Source: the human T2T-CHM13v2.0 reference genome, Homo sapiens. Taken from it: a DNA stretch of 64,000 nt. Location: assembly GCF_009914755.1 (NCBI RefSeq), contig NC_060934.1, one strand, 5' to 3'. The position numbers and the translations under genes were made by a program. The notes under the pieces were generated by a model. That model ran no database searches and was not told where the DNA came from. It saw nothing but the letters and a program-made list of their open reading frames with translations. Of the stretch, positions 30,665 through 51,339 are shown piece after piece (positions within the stretch are counted from its first letter, which is position 1; the number at the start of each line of letters is the position of its first letter).

Positions 30665-30745
30665 CTGAGAAACTACATTCTGACAAGTGTTTCCAGCCAA
30701 CAGAGGAGCATTAGCCTGTGAGGTAAGTATTACAGGAACCTGGAA
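30665..30745 (-). CDS. TCTN3: Tectonic-3 exon 8
   Basis: tag|TTC...CAG|gtaggg; [27 protein letters not shown]; 81 nt. Confidence 0.95.
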
Positions 30746-31603
30746 CTAGCAACGAAAAGAAGCAAATTAACTAAAACTGAAGGCGGTATTTTGTCTTGTA
30801 TCTATTAATAGATATCATGCTAAGATGAGTATTTTTCCTTCCCCTTGACCACCCTCTCTCTCTCTTCTTCCAGTGCCAGCCAACAACTTAAATTCAAGTC
30901 TTTCTAAACGAGCACTTCTCAAAACTTATTTCTCAGAACACTAGTTCTATTAAATATAAAACAAGGGTTCCATAGTCAAATAATTGTTAGAAATACTATA
31001 TTCAGTATTCCCCTTAGAGATTAATAAGGCCCTCTAGCAAATTAAAGACTCCAGGAGGGGTGAGATGGCTCACGCCTATAATCCCAATACTTTGGGAAGC
31101 CAAGTCAGGAGAATTGCTTGAGGTCAGGAGTTCAAGACCAGCCTGGACAACATAGCAAGATCCCCATCTCTACAAAATATTAAAAAATTAGCTGGGCATG
31201 GTGGCACACGTCTATAGTCCCAGCTACTTGGGAGGCTGAGGTAGAAGGATTAGTTGAGCCCAGGAGGTTTAGGCTGCAGTGAACTGTGACCGTGCCACTG
31301 CACTTCAGCCTGGGTGACAGAGCAAGACCCTGTCTCTCAAAAAAATTAAGAAGCCCACCCTAAATATAGTTTATTTAACCCAATGTTTACAAACTTATCT
31401 AACACCTTATGGATCCTGGTTTCATACGAGGCTATTAACTGTATAGGACGTACTTGCAAAGGCACCGTTTTAGATCCCTACTTAATTGTTTGCTACATCA
31501 CGCTTACATTTATCTTTCAACAGTACAACTTAGACTAAAATTGCCTCAGATGCAGAGGAGCCAAATATTCTTTTTCTTTTTTCCTGGTACAACAGCATCA
31601 TAC

Positions 31604-31639
31604 CTCCATATTCTGTGGATCAGTCATGCTTCTTGGAAC
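31604..31639 (-). CDS. TCTN3: Tectonic-3 exon 7 (36-nt exon)
   Basis: tag|GTT...GAG|gtatga; VPRSMTDPQNME. Confidence 0.93.
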
Positions 31640-32152
31640 CTAGGAGAACAGCAGGGACATGAATGTGCATATACCTTACCAAAAATCACCAGGAGCTTGT
31701 GGTTTCATATTACTACCAATAGGCTTTGGTTTGGCGGGCAGGGGAGTCAATATATTAGAATGATTTACTTCCTCTATTCCACCTGACTCTTCTTTACACT
31801 AAAATGCCAGGAAGTGGAGCCAGGCAGGAGGGTGACAGACTGTGATGCCTATTTACTCTGACAGGGCTCTACTGAATAGCAAAAGCAAGAAGTTTGGTGA
31901 GATGGGTGTTTTCCCCCTTCCACCCTCGCAAGCCAATCCCATTAGTGAGAAGGGTGATGATCTCTTATCCTGCATATATATCCCCAATTATTTCATTTGT
32001 CTTCAGATGTGGTTTCCAGGCCCTCTGTCTTTTACGTGGCTCCTGGGGATTCTGACTTTTATTCAATGCTCTTTCCACAACCCACAACAGTGAGAAGCAT
32101 GTTCACTTCAACTTCATAGTAGTGACAGTGTAGGGAGAGAAAGGACACCTAC

Positions 32153-32268
32153 CTTTAAGACTGTGAAGTTATAGTAAGAGGCAGCATTGAGGGCTGAATC
32201 CAAGGTACAGCTACTAGCCAGGTTCTTGAAAAAACGAGTGCAAGTTGTACTTTTACTCTCTAGGAAAC
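32153..32268 (-). CDS. TCTN3: Tectonic-3 exon 6
   Basis: aag|GT...AAG|gtaggt; (G)[13 protein letters not shown]...NFTVLK; 116 nt. Confidence 0.96.
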
Positions 32269-32355
32269 CTTAAACACAAATAATTAAGAGAGTGGTAAAT
32301 GAGAAAGCCTGTTTTAAATTGAATGAAAAGGTTGGTACTTTTGCTCTGGATTCAC

Positions 32356-32464
32356 CTGCAGGATTGCTTTCAGCACAGAGTCCCCCAGCTCCAACTCCTG
32401 CAGGTTGTCTCAGCAAGCTTATTACAGACCACTTGGGGAAGTAAGTAAGAATGGGGTCCCCAGC
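32356..32464 (-). CDS. TCTN3: Tectonic-3 exon 5
   Basis: cag|GCT...G|gtgaat; [12 protein letters not shown]...CAESNPA; 109 nt; 87-nt intron to exon 6. Confidence 0.96.
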
Positions 32465-32700
32465 CTGAATAAAATATAAAAGAAACTTTGTTCACAGTGA
32501 GACTGGACTAAACTACAACAGAAAAGAAAGAGTAGAAACAAGGTTAACTCAAGGGCATGATTACGTGGACAGTACTGCCCTCCAAAGAGCTGACAATGGT
32601 TTAGCTAGCTGCAGGGTAGTGCTGCAAAGTTACCTTGTCAGCTGTCTGCTGTGAGAGTAAAAACTAAACCAAACAATCCCATCCCCTTCCCCAGGCTCAC

Positions 32701-32828
32701 CCTGTAAAAAGATGGTGGTGATTGAGTTTGGAATGTTGAAGTGAATGATTCGCCTCCAAACTCTGCAGCCAGGGCCTGGAAGTTGGTTGCATTGACCTTT
32801 TGAAGCTTCTGGAAATAGTTTAAGTTTG
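32701..32828 (-). CDS. TCTN3: Tectonic-3 exon 4
   Basis: tag|CA...AGG|gtgagc; (S)[16 protein letters not shown]...PPSFYR; 128 nt. Confidence 0.96.
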
Positions 32829-33172
32829 CTAAAATGTTTTTTAAAAGAAAAAGCGTTTAGATAAAAGAAAAACATGCCAAGTAACTAATTTTAAAAAATA
32901 TTTTTATTGAAGCATAATATACAGGGTGCAAATCTTAAGTGTAAACTCAAAGAATTTTTACAAATTTATATACTTGTATTACCACTATCCAGATCAAGTT
33001 ACAGAATATTTCCCCAGAAGGCTCCCAATCAATACTCCATCTCCAGAAATAACAATTCTGATTTCCATCACTTCTTATTCACAATCTATTAACTGAATTA
33101 TTGTTTTAATATGCAGATCTGAGATAAGAATATGGTCATGAATGCCAGTCAGTTTCAAGTCATTGATGGTCA

Positions 33173-33587
<415 letters not shown>

Positions 33588-33690
33588 CTAACAGAATCGC
33601 ACTATTTCCATAGGAACATGGGACAATTAGAGACAATTATGATAATTATTTGATCTGTCCTTTCCAAATCTTCCTGTTTCCTCTACACTT

Positions 33691-33730
33691 CAACTGACAA
33701 GTCCTAACAACAACTGACGAGTCCTAACAA
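33691..33730. repeat. 20-bp tandem duplication
   Basis: CAACTGAC(A/G)AGTCCTAACAA twice. Confidence 0.9.
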
Positions 33731-34279
33731 TGTTGCCATCTCTCAAGTTTAGAGATTTGTTGCATTTTATTCCTTAAGCCTTATAATTCCTCCATTCAAG
33801 ATTTTAGATACTTCAAAAGGGTATTTTCTGGAAGAATTCTCTAATTTCTATGATAGCAATGTATAAATCTACCGAAACTCTTGCAGTCATCTCTTTATGG
33901 CACTTCAGAACCAGTAGAGAGATGTAGGAAAAGGGCTGTGATGCTGTCCCCTGCCCAGAAGATGGCAGGTGATTGACAACACTCTGTCTGCTTTACTACT
34001 CCAAGTCTGCTAAATTGAAAAAAGAACATAGGGAAACATGCCCCTTGCCAGTTTCATTCTTCATATAAGTAATGGTCATTTGTACAGAGTAAAAGAGGTT
34101 ACAATACCTGCATCATTGAAAGCAAATGAGGATTCCACGTTAAATGAACCTGACCTTTACCCTCTGTGATAATGGATAACATCTTAATTACCTGACTTTT
34201 CAGCTTGCTGAAAAGTCAGCATGAATGGGGCTCTCAATTCTGGGGCCTTTCAGACTACTCACTCTCCACACATCTCCTA

Positions 34280-34450
34280 GATCCTTCTTATTCAAAGTGG
34301 GGTACACACATTAGTAGCTCCAGCATCACCTGAGAGCTTCTCAGAAATGTAGACTCTCAGGCCACTCCGCAGACCTCAGTCAACATCTTCATGTTAACAA
34401 GATCTCCAGGTAATGTGTATGCATATTAGAATTTGAAAAGCATTGCTCTG
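34280..34450. mobile_element. MER5A-like hAT remnant
   Basis: CAGCATCACCTGAGAGCTT..AGAAATGTAGACTCTCAGGCC..AACAAGATCTCCAGGT..TTTGAAAAGCATTG. Confidence 0.7.
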
Positions 34451-37400
34451 AAACAGGTGATGTTGATGCTGCTGTTCTGTGGGCCACTTTCCACCTCTGA
34501 TCTGAAATCTTCAAACCCTAACGCTTCCAAGAGCTATTTAAACATTTCCTTCGGAACTCATACCCTGAAAACCACATGGAGGAGATATTTACCTCATGTA
34601 AAATGCAGTTATTTGTATCTTTATACATGAAATAAAAGTTAAAGTTAAGCTAAGAAAGAAGGTGAACTGAGATGGCAAAATATCTATCTGGCTATTTTTT
34701 CATGGCTTAAATGAATAAGAGAAAGTTTACATTTTGTCTCTCACTTCAGTGCAAAGATATTGGCGGTAGTGATGGTAAACATAGGCTAAGTAGAATTTTT
34801 GCCTAAAATTTCTACCATCACAGATGATATATTACACCTAAAAGAGCTTAAAGGTATTTAGATTTCTATTACAATTTCAGATGTCAAAGGAAGCCTACAG
34901 ACCATCTGACCTAATCCCATGAGGAAATTTGGATCCTCAGAGGTAAAAGGGTAGCAAAAAGCCAGAGGGCCAGCTTGCAGAGCCAAGAGTAGATTGCAGA
35001 TCTCCTATTCCTGGTGTTTTTTCCCCACTCCATCATGCTGTACAGACTTTGACTAAAAACGTAATTTACTGATGATCATTATCGTAGATACATATTTTTT
35101 TGAATTTTATTTTATTTTGAGATAGGATCTCACTCTGTTGCCCAGGCTGCAGTATAGTAGCATGATCACTGCATGCCTCGAACTCCTGGGCTCAAGCAAT
35201 CCTACCTCAGCCTCCCAAGTAGCTGGCACTACAGGCATGCACCACCACACCCAGCTAATTTTCCTATTTTTTGTAAAGACTGGGTCTTGCTATGTTGCCA
35301 GGATTGTTCTCGAACTCCTGGGCTCATGCAATCCTCCTGCCCTGACCTCCCAAAGTGCTGGATTACAGGTATGAGCCACCATGCCTGGCTGTACCAATAG
35401 ATACTAAGCACCATGGGGAAACAAAGATATGGTCCATCCTTTCATGGTGTTGACAATTTACCTGGAAAGACATGATGTTTACATAAACTAATAACAATAT
35501 AATAAATCCTATAGGTTCTAAGACGGTGACTCAAACAATAAATGCTTTAGAACTTCTGAGGATGGGCTTACTTCCAAAAGATGAGCAAGAAAACACTCGT
35601 GGAAAATATAGGTATTTCAAAATGCAAAGAGAAAAAGGAACTATAGAGTCAGAAAGAAAAGCAAATACAAACTTGGGAAAAATACAGGGCATATCTTGAG
35701 GACAACGAGTAGATGAGTTCAGCCAAAGCAGAGGGTCAAGTACAGAGTAATGCTAAAAGAGCCAGGAACACTAAGTTGGATCAAATAGGAGATCTGACAG
35801 GCTGGCTAAGAAGCTGGATGTTATTTTATGGATAGTGGGAAGTAATGGAGGTTTCTCAGTAAGGAAGCAACATAATGCAATGTTATGGAAAGATTTATCT
35901 AGTGAAATGATTCTCCACAACTGTGTATACTGTGTGTAGATGCTATGTGTGTATATGTGAGGAAGGTAGGTAAATAATCAGAACCAAAGGGAAATTTTTG
36001 CCTTTTTCATACTAAACATGAATGTACACCCCACCCTCGTTCAGGAAAAAGTTCATTGATGTAATGAACCATAACTACTATTGGAAGTGGCCATATTCCT
36101 CCCTCAGGTGTTTAAAGAAAGTTCAGATCCACTGATCCCGAAGGAGTGTGCAGGATGGTGTCGGGGGCAGGAGTGGGGATCAAAAGCAGGGAGCACCAGG
36201 TAGGTGCCATTGCAATAACCCTGGAGCATGATCATAAGGCTGGATTTAAAAGGCAGTAAAATGTTTGGAAAAGAAGAGACAACTTTCTTTTTTTGAGACA
36301 GACTCTCGTTCTGTTACCCAGGTTGGAGTGCAGTGGTGCAATCTCAGCCTCCCAGGCTCACATGATTCTCCTGCCTCAGCCTCCCAACTAGCTGAGATTA
36401 CAGGTGCCCACTACCATGCCTGGATAATTTTTTGTTTTTTTAGTAGAGACAGGGTTTCACCATGTTGGTTAGGCTGGTCTCAAACTCCTGACCTCAAGTG
36501 ATCTGCCCACCTCAGCCTCCCAAGTGCTAAGATTACAGGAGTGAGCCACCGCGTCAGGCCACAACCTTATCTGAAAATGAAGTATTCATCTTGTTCCCTT
36601 TACCCTATTACCATCTAAATAACCACAAGGCTTCTGATAACTGCTTTGAAATTCAAGTCCCCCAAAACCAAAAACTGGTTGTTTTCTGAGACAAATATAG
36701 TTTTGCAATTCTTATTAACAGTCAGATGAAATCAGGATGAGGTGACTTCCAGGATGCAAGAGACATTTAAATCCATTTTGTGCAGGAACATTATTTTGCT
36801 TCATAGACATTTTAAAAAGATAGATTAGCTTCATATCTTTAGAAATGTTATAGCCATCACCAGCAAATTTCTAAGTCCACTAACCATCCCCAATAATAAT
36901 AACCTCTAATCTTTATTGTACTCTACAGTTGTAGAGCGCTTTCATATACAAAGCCAATGATATTATTTCTCACTTTACAGTTGAAGAAACGAGCCTGGAA
37001 ATGCTAAGGGATTTGCCCAAGTCTGTATAGCTGGTAAGGAAATGGCAGGACTGAGATCCTAATCTAATGCTCCTCCTACACTGTTGCCTCATGAAATGAA
37101 AATAAGGTTGGCATAGACTCATTTGTCAAAGATGTTCATTCAAACATTATTTGGTGCTTACTATGTGTTAGGCACTGGGGATTCAGTTAGTACCCTCATG
37201 GAGATTGTAGTAAGTGGGGAATATAGTCTATCTGTGATTATCTGAGTTAAGAGGAATGATTAAAATGATTGAAATTAAAGTTCTTTATGAGTTTTCTGAT
37301 CCATAGCCAACAGAACATAAAAAGTTGCAAATGTGGCCAGGCGCGGTGGCTCACACCTGTAATCCCAGCACTTTGGGGGTCGAGGTGGGTGGCCCATGAG

Positions 37401-37762
37401 GTCAAGAGATCAAGACCATCCTGGCCAACATTGCAAAACCCCGTCTCTACTAAAAATACAAAAATTAGCTGGTCATGGTGGCACACACCCATAGTCCCAG
37501 CTACTCGGGAAGCTAAGGCAGGAGAATCACTTTAATCCGGGAGGTGGAGGTTGCAGTGAGCTGAGATCGTGCCACTGCACTGCACTCCTGGCGATAGGTG
37601 GAGGCTCCGTCTCAAAAAAAAACAAAAATGCAAATGTATTCCGTAATAAGAGAGAAGAGGCAGAAAGAGGCGTAGAGATTCAAAGGACAAAAAAAAAAAA
37701 GTTTAAAAAAAAGAAATGGAAAAAAGGCCAGAATAAAAGCCAATTCTCAATAAATGTTAGAC

Positions 37763-37988
37763 CAAGCTTGTCCAACCTGCAACCCACCGGCCGCATGCAG
37801 CCCAGGACGGCTTATGAATGCAGCCCAACAACACAAATTTGTAAACTTTCTTAAAACATTTGACATTTTTTTTGCTTTTTTTTTGTTGTTGTTTTTAACT
37901 CATCAGCTATCGTTAGTGTATTTTACGTGTGGCCCAAGACAATTCTTCTTCCAATGTGGGCCAGGGAAGACAAAATATAACACTCCTG
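37763..37988 (-). mobile_element. MER30-like hAT MITE with 8-bp TSD
   Basis: CAAGCTTGTCCAACC...GGCCCAAGACAATTCTTCTTCCAATGTGG...CCTG; TGTTAGAC and TGTTAGAA flanks. Confidence 0.85.
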
Positions 37989-38026
37989 TGTTAGAAAATG
38001 AGAACAACCAACATGTTTCTACTCAC

Positions 38027-38145
38027 AGTTGTTCACATGGACACAAAACTGCCTGATTCCATTAGAATCCATGAAAACTCTTGAAGGAAACGGGGAATTA
38101 CTCCTGAAGATAACAGAGTTGTCTACACAAACCCAGCTTGAAGAC
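38027..38145 (-). CDS. TCTN3: Tectonic-3 exon 3
   Basis: cag|G...T|gtgagt; (R)[16 protein letters not shown]...FCVHVNN; 119 nt. Confidence 0.97.
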
Positions 38146-38459
38146 CTGTGAGGAAAGAGGAGGGAGAAGATATATTTAGAAGGGGCGGGGCAGGTCCAAA
38201 AAAGAGTGTCCCAGCAATATCGGCCAGATGATGCCAAAGAGGACTCCTTGGGCACCTATAGGACGACACGAAGGTCTTATTCTACTGGCCAGCCCTGCTC
38301 TAGAGAATCAGAAAAGGCAATTCCTAGGAAAAACCAAGGGAATGTCCTAGGAGTGGAAGTACGGGTGGGAGGCACAAAGACTAACTCTTCTTACATCCAA
38401 ATGTTACCCGTTGTAGGCCCCAAACCCCTTTAGGATTCAGTCTGAGCAACGAAGCTCAC

Positions 38460-38583
38460 CTTACGCTGCCTGGAAGGCAGAAGGAGAAAACTGTCCTCGG
38501 ATGGAGAAGATAGCAGTCCCTGTCGCAGCAGCAATTTATATCGCAGGCTCCAGGAGTCAAGTCACAGACACAGATCGGTAAGA
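38460..38583 (-). CDS. TCTN3: Tectonic-3 exon 2 (Cys-rich start of the tectonic domain)
   Basis: tag|TC...AG|gtgagc; [20 protein letters not shown] tectonic-family motif; 124 nt. Confidence 0.98.
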
Positions 38584-38750
38584 CTATGAAAGTACGACAC
38601 AGAGTGAGTGGGATGAAGATCCCCAAACTCTCCCAGGTGCTCACCCTCCTTCTTCCGACAGCCCCACTCCTGCTTTGTGGCAGCTCAACTTTGCTCACAG
38701 AATTTTAGATCTCAGAAGTAAGTTTCCACCCCCACAACGTTTTCCCTCAC

Positions 38751-39006
38751 CTGGGAAGAGGTCCACAGTCCTATTCCCAGGGGCCGAGGGAGTCACGAGA
38801 GTAGGGACCACTGTAGGGAGTCCAGGCACGGCCGGGCGAGTTGCAGTCGCCTCTGAAGGGGACTGGAGGGTTCCGCCATCCGTCCCTCGCTGCAGCTCCA
38901 AAGACGTGGGCACTGCCCCTGATGGGGAGGAAGAGGGCTGAGGCCGGACGCCATCGGGGAACACCAGAAAGAACACTTGCAGGAGCGCGAGCTGTGGGGT
39001 GCGCAT
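38751..39006 (-). CDS. TCTN3: Tectonic-3 exon 1 coding part (signal peptide plus S/T/P-rich stalk)
   Basis: [23 protein letters not shown]...VDLFP; donor G|gtgagg; 256 nt. The 14 exons sum to 1824 nt with consistent phases. Confidence 0.97.
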
Positions 39007-39119
39007 GGGGCATTCAGGGCCTCCGGGTCCGACGTAGGCCTCCGCGGTCTCCAATCGCATTGCCAGAGCGTGGGTGGGAGGAGTCGCATAGCGTCTGACG
39101 CCATCCGCGTGCCTCTTCT

Positions 39120-39430
39120 CATTGGCTCATGAGAAGGCTGAGAGCTCTTCAACCAATCGAAAGTGGGGTTGTTACAGCTCTTTCAGTGTCCTTCGGTCTG
39201 CGCCCTCCTCCTTAACGCGGGCCGGGCCGTGCCTCCGTTGCCTGGCAACCGTCAGTGACGAAGAAGCCCTTGCGCCTTCCTTCCGCTAGGTGGCGGTAGG
39301 AGTTCGGCGGACCGAGAGGTTCCGCGCCCACTTCGCGGCCCAGAGGACTGAGCCCGGCCTCCGGTGCAAGGAAACCCCAGAGGCCGGAACTAGAATTGCA
39401 AATTTTTTTTCACCCCGGATTCCAACGGTG
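39120..39430. promoter_or_regulatory. TCTN3: TCTN3 CpG-island promoter with RFX X-box, CRE half-sites and CCAAT boxes
   Basis: GTTGCCTGGCAAC at 39237-39249; CGTCAgTGACG at 39250-39260; ATTGG at 39121-39125; CCAAT at 39153-39157. Confidence 0.85.
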
Positions 39431-41397
39431 AGAAACCCTTTCTATGGAAGAATAATGTTCTCAGGTGGGGGAAACACACCTAAGGTCACATACCTTAAAA
39501 AACAGTCTCCTCTAAATATGGCTTTTTTTAAAAAAAAAAAACACATTAGAAATAATGTTCATTCAGCTCCTTACATTTTAACATTGAGAAATTTTGAAAA
39601 CCCTAAAGAAATGCATCAAATCATTAAAGATGGACTGCATGTTTGTTGTTAGAAAAAGCAGTGAGAGAAAAATAAGAAAAAAGGGCAGGAAAAATGTGAG
39701 AAAATAGGGAGAGAAAGAATAAAAAAAAGAAACATTGTCTAGGAGGTGAGAAAATAAGATGGAGGAATGGAAATAGAAGATTTTTTTCCCCGTGTTAATG
39801 GCAAATTTTTTAAGCCTCTCTAGGAGGTTTTTGTTCTTCCCGGGAATGGCGTGCCTCTTCCGATTCCCCACAGCAGCGCGGGCCATGGGACTTTCCTTCG
39901 GTATTGGAAATGTACCGTAGCTGCACTGTCCAGCATGGTAGTCACCGGCCTTATGTGGCAATTGTGCGCTTGAAATGTGGCTAGCGTGACTGAGGAGCTG
40001 ATTTTTTTTTTTTTTTTTTTTTTTTTGAGACGGTGTTTCGCTCTGTCGCTCAGGCTGGAGTGCAGTGGTGTGATCTCAGCTCACTGCAACCTCTGCCTCT
40101 AGGATTCAGGTGATTCTTCTGTTTCAGCCTCCTGAGTAGCTGGGATGACAGGCACGCGCCACCACGCCCGGCTAATTTTATTTTTATTTTTAGTAGAGAT
40201 GGGGTTTCACCATGTTGTCCAGGCTGGTCTCGAACTCCTGACCTCAAGTGACCCTCCCGCCTTGGCCTCCTAAAGTGCTGGGATTACAGCTGTGAGTCGC
40301 TGTGCCTGGCCTGAATTTTTAATTTTTAAATTGTAATTAATTCAAAGTTAACCACAGACGTGAGTAGCTACCATATTGTACAGTGGGACTGTAGATGATC
40401 AAAATCTTGCTCCTCCTAGACCCAGTATTTTCCTATGTCCACGGTTCTGACATCTGGATTATTTTGGATATTTAGTTTTAGTATATAAATTAACATCTGT
40501 TAAGAGTTATCTAAAATCTAGTACACTTACCTAAAATCTGGTCAATACCTCCCTTTACAAGTGAATCATTTAACTCAGGTAAGTTTTAGGACATTTGACT
40601 TTACTTGAATTCTCTTACAAGATCTTTATTTTCTAATGTTTTGAAGTCAGTAGCTAAAAGTCTCTCTGTGTTATAAATATTTTCAAATATGTTTTTATGT
40701 TGTTGTGTGATAGACAGCTATGGGAGATATGTGTTTGGTCTTAAAACATTTATTTACCTTATTAGTAATTTCTATAGGAAAAGGCCAAGTTCATATTATT
40801 CAGATTATATGATCATATGTATATACTAGAATGTAAATTCCAAAAATAGTGAGTTTTGTCTGTTTTGTTCATTGAAATATCCCCATGCCTAGAACAGTGT
40901 CTGGGACATGTTAGATGTGCATTAAATATTTTAAAAATATATTAAAAATTGTTTTGTTGAACTCTTTAGAATTAATCCTTAGGAATATTTTTAGTTTATT
41001 TTATTTCAGGATTGTATTTCTTTCTATAAAATTTCTTCTTTTTGCAACCAATTTACCATGTAATGATCTTTCTATAAAATTTCCATTGTACATCTGATCA
41101 GAGACTATTTTAGATTTCAAAGTTTGGAATTTAAATGGCAACTCTCAAATAGTGTTAAATTATTTCTGAATTTATTAGCGTTGGCAAAAGACTGTTGGTT
41201 GAAGTAATTTTAGAGATGAGTGATAAGGAAGTAATGTTTCCGGATCTTTTTGAGTTGCTTTTTCTTATTTTTGAATTTTAACACAACTTTTTTTTAGAAA
41301 AGTTATTTTTTTCTCTTTTGTTATAGTTAAGCAAAAAGATTATTTGTATTGCTGTTTTTTAAACTTGTTTTATTTATTGATTTAATTAATTAATTAA

Positions 41398-41595
<198 letters not shown>

Positions 41596-42531
41596 TAAGC
41601 TGGTCTCAAACTCCTGACCTCAAGTGATCTGCCTGCCTCAGCCTCCCGAAGTGTTGGGATTACAGGCATGAGCCACCGTGCCTGGCATGTATTGCTGTTT
41701 TGTATTTGTAAGAATCTCTGTAATATAGAACTCTCAATACTTTTGAGATCCAGTATTAAAATCTGAAAGATAATTTTGTGGATGAAGAATGAAATTTATT
41801 CACATGTGTCATGCAGATGTCAGGTTTAGTATGGGGACCAAGTCTTAAATTGAGATCATATAATATCATCTCAGAAGCAGAGATTTCCAAATTAGATCAT
41901 ATGATACTAGCAGTTGTCTGTGTTTGGGATTAAAAGAGTTTAATATGTAATTGGAAATTTAGCAAGGAGATTGTACTGAGATGGCAGACAACAAGTTCTG
42001 TCCTTTTCCCACTTCTCCCCCCTTTTCCAAAAATCTCTGAAAATTACAGAAAACTTAGATACACACACACTTGTGCATACATGAACATGCCCAGAATTGA
42101 AATACATGAAGGTGTGCTCTCATGGGCCAGACATTATAAGAATACTTGAAAAATAGAAGGCACATGGGATGGAATTGAAGGTGGACAAACAACAGTTGCA
42201 TAATAAAGGCCTTATACAGAAATGGAAGTGACTCTTGGAGTGCTCTAAGCACACAGAAAGAAGGTATTTGTTATCAATAGTGGCCCTTAGACAATTCTAT
42301 GAGTTATTGATTGAAGTACCACTGTAGGAAGAGCCAGGTCAGCCTCTCAAGCTTATCCCTACTTGTGCTTGCGGTGGATAGCAGAAGAATTTTCCCCTAA
42401 AGGTGGTGGTGGGGGTGGCGGGAGGCAGTCCATGTATACTTTTACTGAAAAGGCAGGACAGTGCCCTGGATGGCTTCTGACATTTAGGAGGAAGAGAGAG
42501 GCCCCACACGTTGAGACTGGTCCTAGCCCAC

Positions 42532-43933
42532 TACTAGGTTTGCGTGTCTCCTCCAAAATTCATTTCAAAACTTAATCCCCAATGTGCAGTATTGAGAGGT
42601 GGGACCTTTAAGAGGTGATTTGATCATGAGGTCTCTGCCTTCATGAATGGACTAATCCATTCACGGGTTAATGGATTAATGTGTTGTCATGAGAGAGGAA
42701 CTGGTGGCTTTACAAGAAGAGGAACAGAGACCTGAGTTAGCAAGTTAACACGCTCAGCTTCCTCACCATGTGATGCCCTGTGCTGCCTTGGGATGCTGCA
42801 GAGAGTTGCCAGCAGCAAGAAGGTTCTTAAGAGATGCCCCCTTGACCTTGGGCTTCCCAGCCTCCACAACTGTAAGAAATGAATTCCTTTTCTTTATAAC
42901 TTATCCTGTTTCAGGCATTCTGTTATAAGCAACAGAGAATGAACGAAGACAGAAAATTGGAACCAAGAAGTGGGATTTTGCTGATGACAAATACCTGAAA
43001 ATGGGGAAGCAGCTTTGGAACTAGGTAATGAGCAGGGGCTGGAAGAGTTTGAAGGAGCAGGCTATAAAGTGACTGTATTTCAGTGAATGGAGTATTAAGG
43101 GTGATTCTGGCGAGACTCAGAAAACAAAAAGACAAGGGAACATTTGGAACTTCTTAGAGATTTGTTAAATGATTGTAACCAGAATACGGATAGAAATATG
43201 GACAGTAAAGGCCATTCTGCTGAGATTTGAGATGGAACTGAGGAAGGTGGTATTGGAAAATGGAGTAAAGGCCATCCTTGTTATAAATTGGCAAAGAACT
43301 TGGCTGAACTGTGTCCATGCCTGAGGGAATTGTGGAGGGCCAAACTTGAGATTAATGAACTAGGGTATCTAGCAAAAGAAATTCCTAAGCCAAATATAGA
43401 AGGAGCTACATGATTACATTTGACAACTTATGCTGATATTCAGGAGCAAAGGAATAATTTAAAGGTAGAATTTATCATGAAAAGGGAAGCAGAGTGGAAG
43501 GATTTGGATAACTCTCAGCCTGACCACATGAAGAGTAAAAAAGCATGTTCAGCAGAGGAAACCAAGGGTGCAGCCCAGTGACTGTTTGCTAAAGAGATTA
43601 GTTTGGATAAAAGGGAGACAGATACCATTCCTTTAGACAAGGGAAGAAAGATCCCAAAGGCATTTCAAAGATCTTAGAGGGTGCCCCTCCCATCACAGGC
43701 CCAGAGGCATAGGAGGACAGAATAGTTTCAGAGGACAGGTCAGGGTACTCTCCACAGGCTCACTGCCCAGGGCCACCTCAAGGGAGTCCCACCGGCAAGA
43801 TGGCTCTCACCAGGTATGCCTCTTTGACTTTGGACTTCCCAGGCTTCATAACTGTAAGAAATCAATTTTTTTCTTTATAAATTACCCATTTTTAGGTATT
43901 CTGTTATAAGCAACAGAAAATGGACTAAGATAC
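42532..43933 (+). mobile_element. MaLR (MST-type): 5' LTR, deleted internal region and partial 3' LTR
   Basis: LTR ends at AAGACA (about 42950), followed by the MaLR-internal start GAAAATTGGAACC; a second LTR end TTCTGTTATAAGCAACAGAAAATGGACTAAGATA at about 43933. Confidence 0.8.
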
Positions 43934-44164
43934 ACACCTTGTCAAACTCCACATCTACCATTTTCTTCTTCAAAAACCCTGCAGGTGGGATGCAATAAGC
44001 AGATCCCGCCTGTGCATAGGCTAACAGGGAATCTCAGTTACCAAGGTGGACACACACTCAAAAGATCTACATTTGAAAAAGAAAAAACCCAGCAAACAAA
44101 AAAAGGGTATAATATTCAAGAAACATCAAAACCCAAGGCCGAGTACAGTGGCTCACACCTGTTA

Positions 44165-44272
<108 letters not shown>

Positions 44273-44279
44273 TTAAGTA

Positions 44280-51335
<7,056 letters not shown>

Positions 51336-51339
51336 GTTA

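Noticed and set aside
39290-39961. 120-aa and 127-aa ORFs right of the TCTN3 promoter
   Set aside because: Low-complexity, cross poly-A/T tracts, no recognisable homology or exon structure.
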